64,000 bases of DNA from Podarcis gaigeae (lineage: Eukaryota), in assembly GCA_964106915.2 (NCBI GenBank), contig OZ066915.1; one strand, written 5' to 3'. Within the stretch, counting starts at the first letter, position 1. Every line of letters starts with the position of its first letter. This document shows, piece after piece, positions 46,800 to 59,505 of this stretch. A model generated the notes under the pieces. It was not told the origin of the DNA and searched no databases. It worked only from the letters and a program-made list of their open reading frames with translations. The position numbers were made by a program, and so were the translations under genes.

Positions 46800-49700
46800 A
46801 AAGAGGTTTGGGGATTCCCCCCCCCAAATCTTTTATTTTTAATTACAACTATCTTTGGACCAAATACCTGTGGAATTGAGAAAATTCACAGGCACTAGTG
46901 GGAATGTATTGGAGCTGCTCCCTTCTGGGTCTAACAGCATGAGAAGTATGCCCCAATTTGATAGGATATAACATTCTCATTTTTGTAGTGGGTCTGGAAC
47001 ACTGCTCATGGAAACAGTCCTGGTCAGTTTGGTGTGCATCCCAGCCAGCCCTTCAGAAGTTTCAATTTTAACAGTGTTTTTCAGTTGAAGGTTTAAATGC
47101 GAACCATGCTGTGGTGATTCAGAAAGTAAGCCAGCAAGGAAGACTCAAAATACTCAGTGTTAAGGCAATCATTTCTACAACTAGTACTTGACAGGTTTCT
47201 TGATTCTAACTTGACCTGCAAACTAGTGAAAGTTAACACTCTGCGACCTTTTTCTGAGGAAACATTGTGCAACACTTTCTTTGCAAAATCTACTCTAGTT
47301 TGAGAAGTCGTTCTTCTAGTCTCTAGTGATACTTGGCAAGCAAGATATGAGAGTTCACAATAATAATAGCTGATGGCTTTCTGTGCTGAAGATCATTGAG
47401 TGTTAAAACTTGCCCAGCAGTAGGTTGCTAGAGCCCTAAACTGGGCACCTCATCCTTAAATAGCTTATGGCTTACTAAGCTAAGCAATTTGCACTCTGCT
47501 GTGGGGGAAGACTGAGCTCTTGGTTTTTTGATGATTTTTTTTTTTAATCGGAGAATCAGCTTAAAATCAAGTGTGCACTTTTTCTATCTCCTTTTTAGCA
47601 TCCATTAAATGAGAACGTTGGGTTGATCACAGCTTATTTCTTCTCTTAGATTCAGAGGGCATTTATAATTAGCAATCTTTTGTTGCCACACATAGGCTGT
47701 ACCAATGAGAACAGGATCTGTTACTTTTGGTGAAGCAAGTGAAGGAAGTTTTGTGCCTTGGAAACTGTTACTAACCTGAAAAACTTTGCAATAATGGCAC
47801 AGAGAGCCTGGGGAAGCGTAATACTTTATTAAAGGTTCTTCCATTGTGAGAGCCCCCATATTTTGGGGAATATTTTTTTTTTAGTGATTTAATCTCTTTA
47901 GAAATATGTAGACTAATCTCCAGTGAAGCAGATGCTGCTATTTCATCACGGTTCATGGAGACCCCTTCATACATATGTAGGGACGGTCCCATGCAGGGCA
48001 AGGAAAAGAGAGAATTGTTCTTAACAGGTTACCAAAAATTCTTCTACTTGCCAACAAACCACCTTTTGCCTTAACCTTTCGTTTATAAAGGTAATAAATT
48101 TGAAAGTTGTTTTAGATGCACAGATACCTCTGTTCCCTACTCTGGGTCTGGTTTTGTTCTTTAATGAACAGGACTGTTTACCTCCTTAATTCATCACACC
48201 TGTCACTGAGAATCAAATAATTTTCTTCAGGCCTATTCAGGAGCATCTCTACACAAGAAAAGTGTGAAGATTTGAGTTTGGGATATTTTAGACAGGGAAA
48301 CGGATAAGGGATACAACAGTTGAACCATAGGAAGGAAATATTTTACTGTATCTGCAGTGTTTTTCTCAGATGTGCACTTTGGAAAAAAAAATCCGCTTTA
48401 ACACTACTTTTATTTAATCTTTTCCCAAATTACACATGGATATTAGTTCTGTTTTATATGCTTGCCACCCATGAGTAGTTATGTATGCCATGCTAAACAG
48501 ATTTTTGTATTGTATCTTGATGGACTGTTGATGGGGGTTAAATTGTGGAAGCTGCATGTTGATGAATGGTTTTACTGCTGAATGTCCAAACTGAAGCAAA
48601 TCTCATTATTTGTATATTTTTAAAACACCGTTTTCTAAGAGGCGGCTCATTTTAATGAATGAAACATTGGTATGGCTGATATTATAAGTAAATTAGATTA
48701 GAGTTAAATTTACTAACGTTTTCTACAAGTCAGCGAGTGAGTGAAATTGTTTGTGAGCTCGGTTTATAAAAAAAAAAAATTGCTCCAAAATGTCACCAGA
48801 ATATCTTTTAATCTCTGTAGATTTTTTTTTGGCCTGGGAACACATGCAGGGGCAGGGAGAGGGGTTAGGTATGGAAATAATTGAACTTGGCTTATGAACA
48901 GTTTGGAAATTTTGCACCAGCGTGCCTTCCTTTTCTTACTGGAGGTGTTTGGCGCCTCATAGTTTTTTAATTGTCTGGGTTCTGCTGATTTTTTCCTCTC
49001 CCTCAGGCACACTGAAAAATAGCAGGTTTTAAGGAATTAAATAATACTAAATTCTAGTTGGATTTCCTAAATATAATTTAGGTCAAAAGAAAATGAAATC
49101 CCTTGTGCTTCTAATGCTGCAATCAGATTTTGATGTCCAGTAAAATGCTAATGTCTTTTTCAGCTGTGGGCATACGTTGTTTAACTTTGTTCAGATACAG
49201 TTTTAAGCAGAATGGCCTAGAATATTTTTGGCAGTCATAATTGAGTATGGAGGCTGGGTGGGGAAGGGCTAAGCGCTGCCCTTCAGCCACTTGTAGCAGT
49301 TCATAAATGAATATGCACTTGAGCTTTGCATTTGCTGCAGCTTTAGAGCAATAAGATGTGGCTCCCCTGAGCTTTACCTAGCCTGCTGCCTCAGCTTTAT
49401 TTATATACTGTGGTCATGGACAGGTGAAAAGGTGTTCAACATCCACTGCCTTCCAAACCCCCTACAACTGAATCGAAAAGGGTGCTCAGTTTTCTATACT
49501 ACACATTTTTTGTGTGTAAATAAATGTTTACAGTTTTATATTAAAGATTGAATAAGAGTTAGATCTGAGTGTATATTTTTTACTTTTTATAGATTTTAAA
49601 ACTATAATTCTTTAAATATATATATATATAATATGTGCGTGTGTGTGTGTGTCGGGGGTGGTTATGATAAATTTTACATTTGTTTAAATGAACAGTTCAA

Positions 49701-49855
49701 ATTTGATGCTAACCTTTTTTGTCATTGAAATGTATAAAGAGCCCATTAATCCATTTATTTTCTTTAACTACAATTACTGTGGCACACCAAAAAGAAATAT
49801 TTCACTTCTGTTACGTCATTATAAAAAATAAATATTTTGCTAGTGTATTAAACAA
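46800..49855 (+). other. MAML1: MAML1 3' UTR
   Basis: About 3 kb AT-rich; AATAAA at 49519 and 49827, followed by GT/T-rich sequence. The true end is inferred. Confidence 0.6.
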
Positions 49856-50284
49856 ATAGTCGTGTTTTCTGAAGCATCACCTGAACTACATATAGTTTAG
49901 CTTTGCTGTGGAGACTGATTGTAAAAATTCTCATTCCTTTTATCTGGCAGAAAACAAACTTAACTCCCTTTTATTGAACTAACCCTAATATTGAAAGACA
50001 GAACTAAAATACGTTTGAAAGTCAAGACCGCTGTTGTTGTTGTTTAGTATTTCAACAATAGGTAGAAAAAGCTTTTACTAATGTTACCCATTTATTTCTG
50101 ATCACATTTTGGTACCCTTTAACATGAAGAGTTGTTATTATAGGAAACAAGCTATTTTTCACCATTTTGAATTGTTGACCTTTTTGACACTTGTAGGCAT
50201 TCAGCATACAATGTTAGGTTTTGTTAATCACAGAGGAAATGAAAATGTTCAACAGATTTGTATATTGGAAAAAATCCAAAATGA

Positions 50285-50340
50285 TATATCTATATCTATC
50301 TGTCTGTAGGAATATGTATATGTATATGTATATGTATATA
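50285..50340. repeat. Simple repeats (ATATCT)n and (ATATGT)n
   Basis: Read directly from the sequence. Confidence 0.8.
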
Positions 50341-50789
50341 GTCTTCACTTACCTTAACAGGAAATTGCAAAACAGGCATTTTCTTAACATCATTTTTCAC
50401 TAGGGAGACATGCAAGTTACATTCTAGAAAACATTATAAAAAAACACTAACACACTGGAAAGAAGGTGGTGTGTTGCTCTAAGCTCTTTAAGGGCCATTT
50501 CATTCATTTTGAAGAGGCAAACTCCGGGATTGCTACAGAGTTAACCTGTATGATGTATATTTGTTTACATTCTTGCTTCTTGTTTTATTTATGTAGGCAT
50601 TTGTGTAATGCCTTTCAGGGCTATATAGCTCTTTCAAGGCAGTTCAGATCATAAAATAATGGGAAAAAGTAATTTCACAAACAGCAATAAGCATACTTCC
50701 CGCAGGAGGGAGTGCCATAACAATTGGGCCACCTCTCTTTATTTACTTGACCACCTTAAAGTAAAACGTTTGTACCTGCCAGCCTGATA

Positions 50790-51170
50790 GACCATGCTAG
50801 TGGTCCCTCACACTGGGTCTTCAAGGTCAGGAAAATTCATATGGGTCTCCCTGGTCCCAAGCCATTTAGAGCTTTAAAAGTAATAACAATAGCAGTACAG
50901 AATCACAATTAAATATTCCAAGCAACTGGACAGATGCATTTTTATCCAGCTGAAGCTTCCAGATAGTCTTCAAAAGCAGCCCCACATAGTGTGTGTTATC
51001 AGTAATTAGTCTGCTTGTAATGAGGAGATGACTTATTGTGGCAATATCTGCTTTATCGAGATGGCGGTGCAGCAGGTGAATCATCCAGAATTGATAAAAG
51101 GCACTCCTAGTCACTGATGCTCTTTGCACCTTCATGGATAGTACCAAGTCTGGGAGAACCCCAGTTATTA
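50790..51170 (-). mobile_element. Degenerate L2-clade LINE fragment
   Basis: Translates SAFYQFWMIHLL...LITSRL...YVGLLLKTIWKLQL. Confidence 0.7.
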
Positions 51171-51174
51171 AGTA

Positions 51175-51496
51175 CAATAATCCCTCATTTTATGCATAGG
51201 CTCAGTTTCAAGTATTCCATGCATACATGAAAAATTGCATATACTCTCAAACCCTTGGAGCCACTCTATGGCTAACGGGTGAGGAAGAGAGAGACAGAAA
51301 TGCAAGTACTCACACGAAAGCATGGTAGGCAGCTTAAATGCTCTTTTGTGTCAGGTCTGCTTGGGGTTACGTGGTGCAAAAAGAACCTTTAAGCTCTCAG
51401 CCTTGCTTGTGACTTGTGCAATTTCAGCCAGGCCACCTTCAACTGCATATTGTTAAAACTGCATAATTCAAATGCACATAAAACGAGGGATTACTA
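51175..51496. mobile_element. Tc1/mariner (Tigger-like) MITE
   Basis: TA|CAATAATCCCTCATTTTATG...CATAAAACGAGGGATTACTA|TA. Confidence 0.7.
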
Positions 51497-53315
51497 TACA
51501 CCTAAAATGTTAATGTGTGAGGAGTGTATAGGTGTTAATGTGCTGTCATGTTATAGGTTAGAGTAAAATCCCATGTACAATTGTGTGTTGTTCTTTTGCA
51601 TAAAATGTTCTTCTGCTCCTTTCCAAGAAAACTTACTTTGCAGGCTACTGGTTCGCATGACAAATGCACAGACCACAGAATGATAGCAGCCAGCGCTTTG
51701 CATGGTAAGTAACTTTTATCTGTTTCCCCTTTCAAACTGAAGAACCATGTTTTGCATCAGGACAAAATAAAGTATTTCTGACTTCTATCAATCCATCCAA
51801 GCTGAATCAGCGATTTTCACAGTTCTGGTGCAGATCTTTTGCAGAAATCAATTGTGCTTTTAGCTTGAGATTCTATTTTAATCTTTTTTTGTGGTTACAG
51901 AATATTCATATTCTAGTCTGAACCCTTAATAGATGCAGTATCACTCGGGGGGGGGGGGGGATAGACTATTCCGTTTAAGATACTTACTTGTGTGCTTTGC
52001 AGTCAAAAAGACATGTGCAATTATTAGATAAGGGGTTGCTAACCTCCTTTGGCTTGAGGGCCACTTTCACCCTTGGTTAACCCGCCTGGGTCTGTATGCC
52101 AGTGATGGATGCCATCACCTGCATGTACACACACAGAATGAACCCAGCCACACACAGCTCCCACTCCTCAGCTGATCTGTGCAGACCAGCAGAGGTGGCA
52201 CGGTTATTGCCCCCTCCATGCTCATCAAATGTTTGATCTGATTGAGTTGGGAAGCAGCAATTCCCATTCCCTTCAGGGTGCTGGGCTGGATGGAGAAGTT
52301 TAAACAGGGTCTACTTCCCCCCACTTTTTGCTGCTGCTAAATCAGAGGGATCTTGGGGTTGCGTCAGGGTCTTGGGATTGGGGTTACACTTCCTTGGTTT
52401 GAGATACTTTGTACATGGATACTCCAGCACAGGACGGAGGAATCTTTTTCGTTTGTAGGGCATTTCCCCTTCCTTCCTGGGCAACCAGGGGCTGTATGCA
52501 ACTGGTGAGTAGGGCCAGAGACCAAAGTGAGCGGAGCAACAGATGTACCTCTAAGCTGTATCCCAGCCGTTCAGAAGTCAGGTGTTTCTCTACATCTGCA
52601 CATCCATCTCTCCATCTAGCCAACCAAGAGACGGATACATTCCAAACAGGTAAAGCCACTTTGGGGTGGGGTGGAATAGGGCTGGCGAAGAGCATGGTCT
52701 GAGCAGAGAGTCTTGTGGTCTGTGGAGAGTCTTTAAGGATCAAATAGGGAGCCTGGATTTTGGCCCAGAGGCATGAGGTTTCCCATCGCTGCTCTACTGT
52801 ATCAATAACTTAGGGTCTTGCTAAATGATTTGCCAAACTTTGTTCAGCCATCAGTTATATATTAAATTAGGAGGACAGTAGAGATGCAACTTTTAGCTGT
52901 GTGTTTCTCTTATGGTTTTAAACACTGCAGTACAAGATGCTAAAAAGAGCTGCTTTTTCTGGTGGTGGAAGAGCGATGCAACATACTGGCCACAAACTGA
53001 CAGAGCTGGCAAGAATTTTAAGAAAGGTTGGGCTGCAATGCCTTAAGGACCATCATGAGAATCGCACCATGAAGTTGTGGAGTAGCAACTTGTCCTTTGC
53101 CATTCAGAAGAGACTTTATAGCCCCATTTGCCATGGATCCACTTGCTAAAAAGCACATGTGCAGGTTTCTCTAGAGTTCATGGCTGTAGAGTTGGCTACA
53201 GGCTGTTGTACAGAGAGCCTGACTCTAGTCTGTTCTGCCATCTTAAATTATTGATCTATGAAAAATGGAATAATCCTCATAGGTGTCATGACTTTTAAAA
53301 TTATTTTGGAATGTA

Positions 53316-54032
53316 CCGTATTTTTCGCACCATAGGACGCACCGGATAATAGGACGTACCTTGTTTTAGAGGGGGGAGAACAAGAAAAAAAAATCTCCCC
53401 CTCTCTGCCCAGCGCCCCTTCAGCGAAGCGGCAGGAGGCGCTGCGCAGAGAGGGGGAGAATTTTCCCCCTCTTGTTTTCCCGCTCTAAAACAAGGTGCCG
53501 TTTAAGGTGCATTCAGGCGGCTACCTTGGAAGCCTGGAGAGCGAGAGGGGTCAGTGTGCACCGACTCCTCTCGCTCTCCAGGCTTCAGGTTCCTTTTGAC
53601 TTGCTCTTTGGGGCTGGCAGGGGGAAGCCCACCACCAGCCCCAAAGAGCAGGTCAGGGAGCAGAGGAAAGGCTGCTGCCATAGTCACGCGTCACCTCTCC
53701 AGCTGGGAGAGGGTCGCAGGGGGCTTCTTTAGCCCCGCGCGCGCTCTCCCGGCTGGAGAGGTGACGCGCGGCTATAGAGGCTCCTGCCATACCTGCGCAT
53801 CACCTCTCCAGCCGGGAGAGGGTCGCGGAGCTATGGCTTCTTTTGCCCCGCGCGCGCTCTCCCGGCTGGAAAGGTGACGCGCGGCTATAGAGGCTCCTTC
53901 CATAGCCGCGCGTCACCTCTCCAGCCGGGAGAGGGTAGCGGGGCTATGGCGTCTTCGCTCCATAGGACGCACACACATTTCCCCTTCATTTTTGAAGGGG
54001 GAAAAGTGTGTCCTATAGAGCGAAAAATACGG
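53316..54032. mobile_element. Tc2/pogo-like non-autonomous DNA transposon with internal palindromic tandem repeats
   Basis: TIRs CCGTATTTTTCGC / GCGAAAAATACGG, left TA, subterminal cataggacgcac repeats, CpG-rich interior. Confidence 0.85.
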
Positions 54033-56079
54033 TGTTTCAACAGAGGTTAAAAAAAAAAAATCTAAAGTAGATTTAAAACTCAGGAGGATACTGGGTCACT
54101 TTTTCGCGCACACATTTTTGAATTCCTTTTGTATTTCCTAGGGAGAAAGCATTATAAACGCTTTGGAAAATCTTACATTAGTTGCCACAGATTTTTGATA
54201 GTATTCTGATATCAGACCTTCACCCTAGATGGCCTACATGGTTCAGGGATGAGCAAGGAAGACATAAGTTCTTGTTTCACTTCCACCCCTCAGTGCACAG
54301 GACTTGCAGAAAAATACTGTAGTCATCTGCGCACCTTGCTGAGCTGCATTATTGAATCCTGTGGGATTTCTAAGCAAATGTAATTTGAATACATCTGCAA
54401 ATTCCATTTTTTATCAGCTCCTTTAGTGGGAAAAAATGAACCGGAGCAGGAGGATTTTAATATGAAAATATATTTCAAATAAGTCTTGTGTTCTTCACTT
54501 GCCTCCAGTTAAACTACACAGTGGGTGACATCCGGTATTAGTCATACTTAGAGCAGACTTATTTAAATCAATAGGTTTACTCTGATTTTGATATTGCCTC
54601 CTATTTCTATGAGATATCTAAAGTTTTCACATTGCTATAAGCTTCAATAAGTGCTTTAATAAAGTACATTAGACATTTCAAAAAAGGAAGATTTGTATTC
54701 AAGTATAATCTTCAATACAGGTTTTTTTTACTGTTGCAGATTTGCTATTTGAAAATCTATCTCTGCATCATCAATACCATCTGATGATTTGTTTTTACAT
54801 TTCCTTCCTCCGCACATGCATGAGAGCACACAAACAAAGACCACTCTTGAAAAAGCCTTTTCAAATAAGAATTGTGATTTGCATTCCCTGGATTTTGTTT
54901 TAACGCTTGACTTGTGCTTGGCACTCATTTTGCCAATCTGTGTGCAGTATTTTCTTACTGTGATAATCTATCAAGGCATTCATAATACCTGAAAAATGCA
55001 TTGTGAACAGCTTGCTTATGACTATTGATGTGTGGCCTGGGACAGCTGGTGGAAGTGAGGGGGAAATCTTGGCTGCTGGAGCAGATATAGAAAATGAGTT
55101 ACTTGGAAGGACTGAGGCTGGTTTGGGGTAGTGCAGAGAATAGCAAGAGTTGCCCAAGTTTTATTTTGGAGGTCAAGGCATTTATGCCAATGTGCAGCTC
55201 TTGGAACCCAGAATCCAGATAGGAATGTTTATTTTGGGGGAGCAGCAGACCATGTATGCTGCTATACTGATAGGTCAATGTCTTTAACTATCCAGAATGT
55301 TTATGCATTGGTCAGTGGAGTCTGTGTGTGTGTAAGACACAGAATGGGGGAGAGAGAGATAGAAAGGAAATGATTTTCCCCCCGACAGTGTGATAGGAGG
55401 CAGGGAGGAAAAGCAGGAGGGCACAGCCTGGGATGGCAGGAAAAGGGTAGAGACCTTGTTGGCTGCTTGGACATATGAAAAAGTAAGTTATAGATGGCAG
55501 AGAAATGGAGATGTATGAACAGTCCTTTATCTTCAGGGATCGACAATAGTGATGCCCTCAACCTCTCCCCAACTCAGCCACGCCATTAAGTTCCAGCATG
55601 TTCAATGGGAGTTATCCCAAATTTTCAAAAAGGACCACACATTATTTCCCAGGTAATTGCATCCAGTCCTTTTTGAAGTCATGGGTGGTGACATTTGCAC
55701 TATGACTCAGCCACCACATCCACTTCTTCACATCAAGGTGGCACCTACAGCTGCGGCCATGCTAGATGCTGACAAATTAGGCAGCACAGCAAGCATGGCT
55801 GGCAAGTGTCCTCCTTTATATGAGAGCCCAACTTAAATGACAATGGCAAATACCTTATCAACAGCAAGTACTGCAAAGTGATTGTGTGGTTGGGGAGAGA
55901 TGGAGGATGTTCAAAGGTTGTTACTACATTCCATGCAGTATCATCTGTCTGCACTACAGGGGACTGCTGCAAAATAAGAGAAGCAGAACACATCAACAGT
56001 ATCTACACATTCTTCCAGGTTCCCCTCCCCAGGGCAATCTCCATGTCCATTGAGCAGGTAGGAGATGTGCAGTTGAGTT

Positions 56080-56340
56080 TGCATCAAGGTATTAACAATG
56101 GCTTACAAAGCCCTAAATAGCTTGGGACCCAAATACCTGCAGGAGTGCCTCTTCCATTACCAGCTAACTTGCTCCTTAAAATCAGGATGCAGGAGGAGCA
56201 GAGCAATGATAAGGAAGATGGCCCAAAGTGGCAGCGAGCAAACCTGCTGATCCACTGTTTAATCCACAAAGCAGGCAGCACCAACAGGGCTTCTCCTGTT
56301 GATTGTAGGTCCCAAGATTGTTGATATTGATAGAGGGGCT
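56080..56340 (+). mobile_element. Degenerate L2 3' ORF2 fragment
   Basis: Translates VLTMAYKALNSLGPKYLQECLFHY. Confidence 0.6.
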
Positions 56341-57488
56341 TTTTTAAGCACTCTGATTCCAATTAGGACTTGATACACTGATGCTAACACCTTGAAGGGA
56401 ACCTGGTAGTTCACTGGTGGGCAGAACAGGCATGCTGGCTAGGGCAAATAGGAGTTGGATTCCAAGAGCATTTGGAGGGCCACAGGATTCTCAGTTGTGG
56501 GCCATTTATGATGGTGACTGCCTAATGCTGCTCAGAGCAGTAGTTGGGGCACTGTTGCTTCTGCCTGCCATTGCCACCAGAAGGTCCTGTCCAAGGCCCC
56601 ATAAGACGTGAAATGGGCCCAGCAGCCAATGCTGCCTTTCAGACAAAGTGGTTAGGAAGGGAAAAGAAACAGGCCCATGATGGCCTGGGCCAGGAAATAA
56701 GTTTTCTTGACTTTTTAAGAAAAACCTTGCATATACAGGCACAGCCAGTATAATTGGAAAAGGAAGACCTAACCAACTTTGGGATGTGAGTCAATCCAAG
56801 ATGACTTTGTCCAGAGGGCAAATTGGATTAAACTGTGTAAATGCACCTGTGCTCACAAAATGTCACTCATTCTCACCTGTTCACAAGTCACTCATAGGAA
56901 GGAAGCAGTGTGACTATATCTGCTTAATCAAATGGGTATATGCTGTGTTTTTGCTTTACTCCGAAAGCACACGGTTTCTAATTTTCATTGCTTTAGCTAG
57001 CAAGAAAACAAAGGTTGGTCATTGAAGTGGTCACCTGCTGTCACATTGGTTCAGTATTTCACTAGTGAGCAAGTAAATGCCCATAAAGAAATCTTTCGCC
57101 TCAAAACTGAATGACATTTAAAAGAAAAGAAAAGAAAATATCACTAATTCCTATCATACCATGGCTGAAGTGGTGCATATAGTGCTTATTGTAAAAGGCT
57201 AGGTATTCAGCCATTGTGAAGTGCCCACATCTTAACAATAGGCTATTGAAAAGGTAAATGAAGCTCAGACTGTTTCAGTAGTACCACTGTTGACGGGATC
57301 CAGTCAAAACCATCCAGCAAGCAGTGAGTTAACTAACCAGCCCTTTGGAAGAGGAAATGGAGGGTTGTGCTGTCTGATTATATTGACAGCCACTGTGGGC
57401 ATATATTAAGGAGCAGAAAAGACATAGCTTCAAAGTCTGTGTAGCTTTGTAGCTGTCTCACTTTTGTCTTGCAGTTTCAAGATCCAGC

Positions 57489-57546
57489 ATGCTGCATCAC
57501 ATAGCCTTGCTGGCCACTGTTACTGTCCTGGGAGTCTTGGAGCAAG
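57489..57546 (+). CDS. LTC4S: Leukotriene C4 synthase coding exon 1
   Basis: MLHHIALLATVTVLGVLEQ(A)|gtaagg, 58 nt. Matches the LTC4S N-terminal helix and the syntenic position after MAML1. Confidence 0.9.
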
Positions 57547-59168
57547 GTAAGGAACATGCCACTACTATTAGAGACAAGTTTAATATCTCTTTTTAGGCAA
57601 TATAAGCCAAATAAGATCTCTGAAGTTAAATAGGAAATATGTACCATTGATGTAGCTGTTGGGAGAAAAAGATGAACTTTAAAGTCTAAAAAGATAATTG
57701 ACTTGCAACTCTTGCCTTATATTTTAGAGCAGCAGGGATTGGAAACTGGATTGTAAAGCCATAATTGCAATGTTGATAATGGTGTAAACAACTTTTTAAA
57801 ACATTTGTTCATTAGAATGCCAACAATTGCCTGAAGAAACAAAATGGTAAGAAGGGTCAAGATTAACTGAACTAAATCAAAGGGATAATTTGCTAGGGAA
57901 TTTAGGCTTCTCTCATGGGAAACCTTGAGTAGTAACAAGATGATTTAAATCTCTGTCTCCAGGAGTTAGAGCAAAATACTGCATAAAGTGAGGTACATGG
58001 AATGTAAAGTGTCCCTTGCATCCTAGCAATTTCATCTGCAACGGCAGATTATTACATAAAAAGGCACTCAAATCAACTTTATTCTTTTTGCATAATGAGC
58101 AGGGGAAAGAATAATGATCAAGACCGTTCAAATCTGGCAACAATATAAAGAGACTTTAATGTGTACTTGATAGATAGCAGCCTGTTCCCAAAAAACAAAA
58201 CAAAACAAAAAAACCCAACCCTTTAGTTCTGGTATAAACTGACAGTGAGATTTGTTTTTCATTCCTGAATTGACAGCTTGACCAATTAAAAATGTCAGCT
58301 AGAGTGGTGTGTTTATTGTGTGCTGATGTATAATATATGAAAGTCTGTTCTGGTGATATGCTGGGAACTGTCTTACACTTTAAAAAAAAAACCTGTTCAT
58401 ACAAGTGGGGTCTTCATATGAGGGGATAACATGCAGAGCAAACTTTCATGAGTTTATGATTCCCCTTACAACAAAAGTAAAACTGTAGGTTGTAGGGTTT
58501 CCCCCCCAAAGAGGAGACTGTAATCTCAGAGGAGCTGATGAACCCCACATCATGCAGTTCATGTGAGTAAACTGCCTTTTTTTGTTATTGTTTTATTTCA
58601 GTTGTCCTAGCATATTTTTAGGAACCAGGTTTGAGTATTAAAAATAAAATTGTAGAAAATAATCGACTTGATGGAAACCTGATGGCAAATCAGCAGTGTG
58701 TGTCATTTAAGACTGATCCTAATTGTAGTAAGTAAGATATTTTGGCATCTCAGGCAAACCATAAAGTGGTGCCCCACCTCCCAGCTAGGAAAGAAGGGGT
58801 GACTGAGTATGTACATCAGCAAGAAGCAACATAGGGATCAGCTGCCCCTGTGGATCCTGCCACTTGAGGTGGTTGCCTCACCTTGCCTCAGGGGTGGGCC
58901 AGCTCCAACTAACAGAATTTGTGGAGGCCCTGCCATTCCTTCTTCCAGTCCATCAGGCAGGTCTCCCCTGTGCTACTCTGGTTTTCCATCCCCCCCCCAA
59001 ACAGTCGAGCCAGTACCTCACTGGGCTGCTCCTTGGTTTCTTCCCTCAAGATTTTTTTTCCTTTTGTGGTACTTCTGCAAACTTTGGGGTTCCTCTGCAT
59101 TTGCTGATACCTCCAATTTATGCATGGCTATGACTGTTCTGGCATGTTAAGGAACTGTACACATGCCT

Positions 59169-59505
59169 AAAAGGTAAAGGGACCCCTGACCATTAGGTCC
59201 AGTCGCGAACGATTCTGGGGTTGCGGTGCTCATCTCGCTTTTTTGGCCAAGGAAGCCCATGTACAGCATCCGAGTCATGTGGCCAGCATGACTAAGCCGC
59301 TTCTGGCAAACCAGAGCAGCTCACGGAAACGCTGTTTACCTTCCTGTCAGAGCGGTACCTATTTATCTACTTGCACTTTGACATGCTTTCTAACTGCTAG
59401 GTGGGCAGGAGCTGGGGCCGAGCAACAGGAACTCACGGGGATTCGAACTGCTGACCTTCTGATCGGCAAGTCCTAGGCTCTGTGGTTTAGACCACAGCGC
59501 TCCCT
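59169..59505 (-). mobile_element. Sauria SINE
   Basis: aaaggtaaagggacccc tail, acctatttatctacttgcac core, gatcggcaagtcctaggctctgtggtttagaccacagcgc. Confidence 0.9.

Noticed and set aside
53472-53877. ORFs inside the Tc2-like element
   Set aside because: Products of GC-rich tandem repeats with no transposase motifs.
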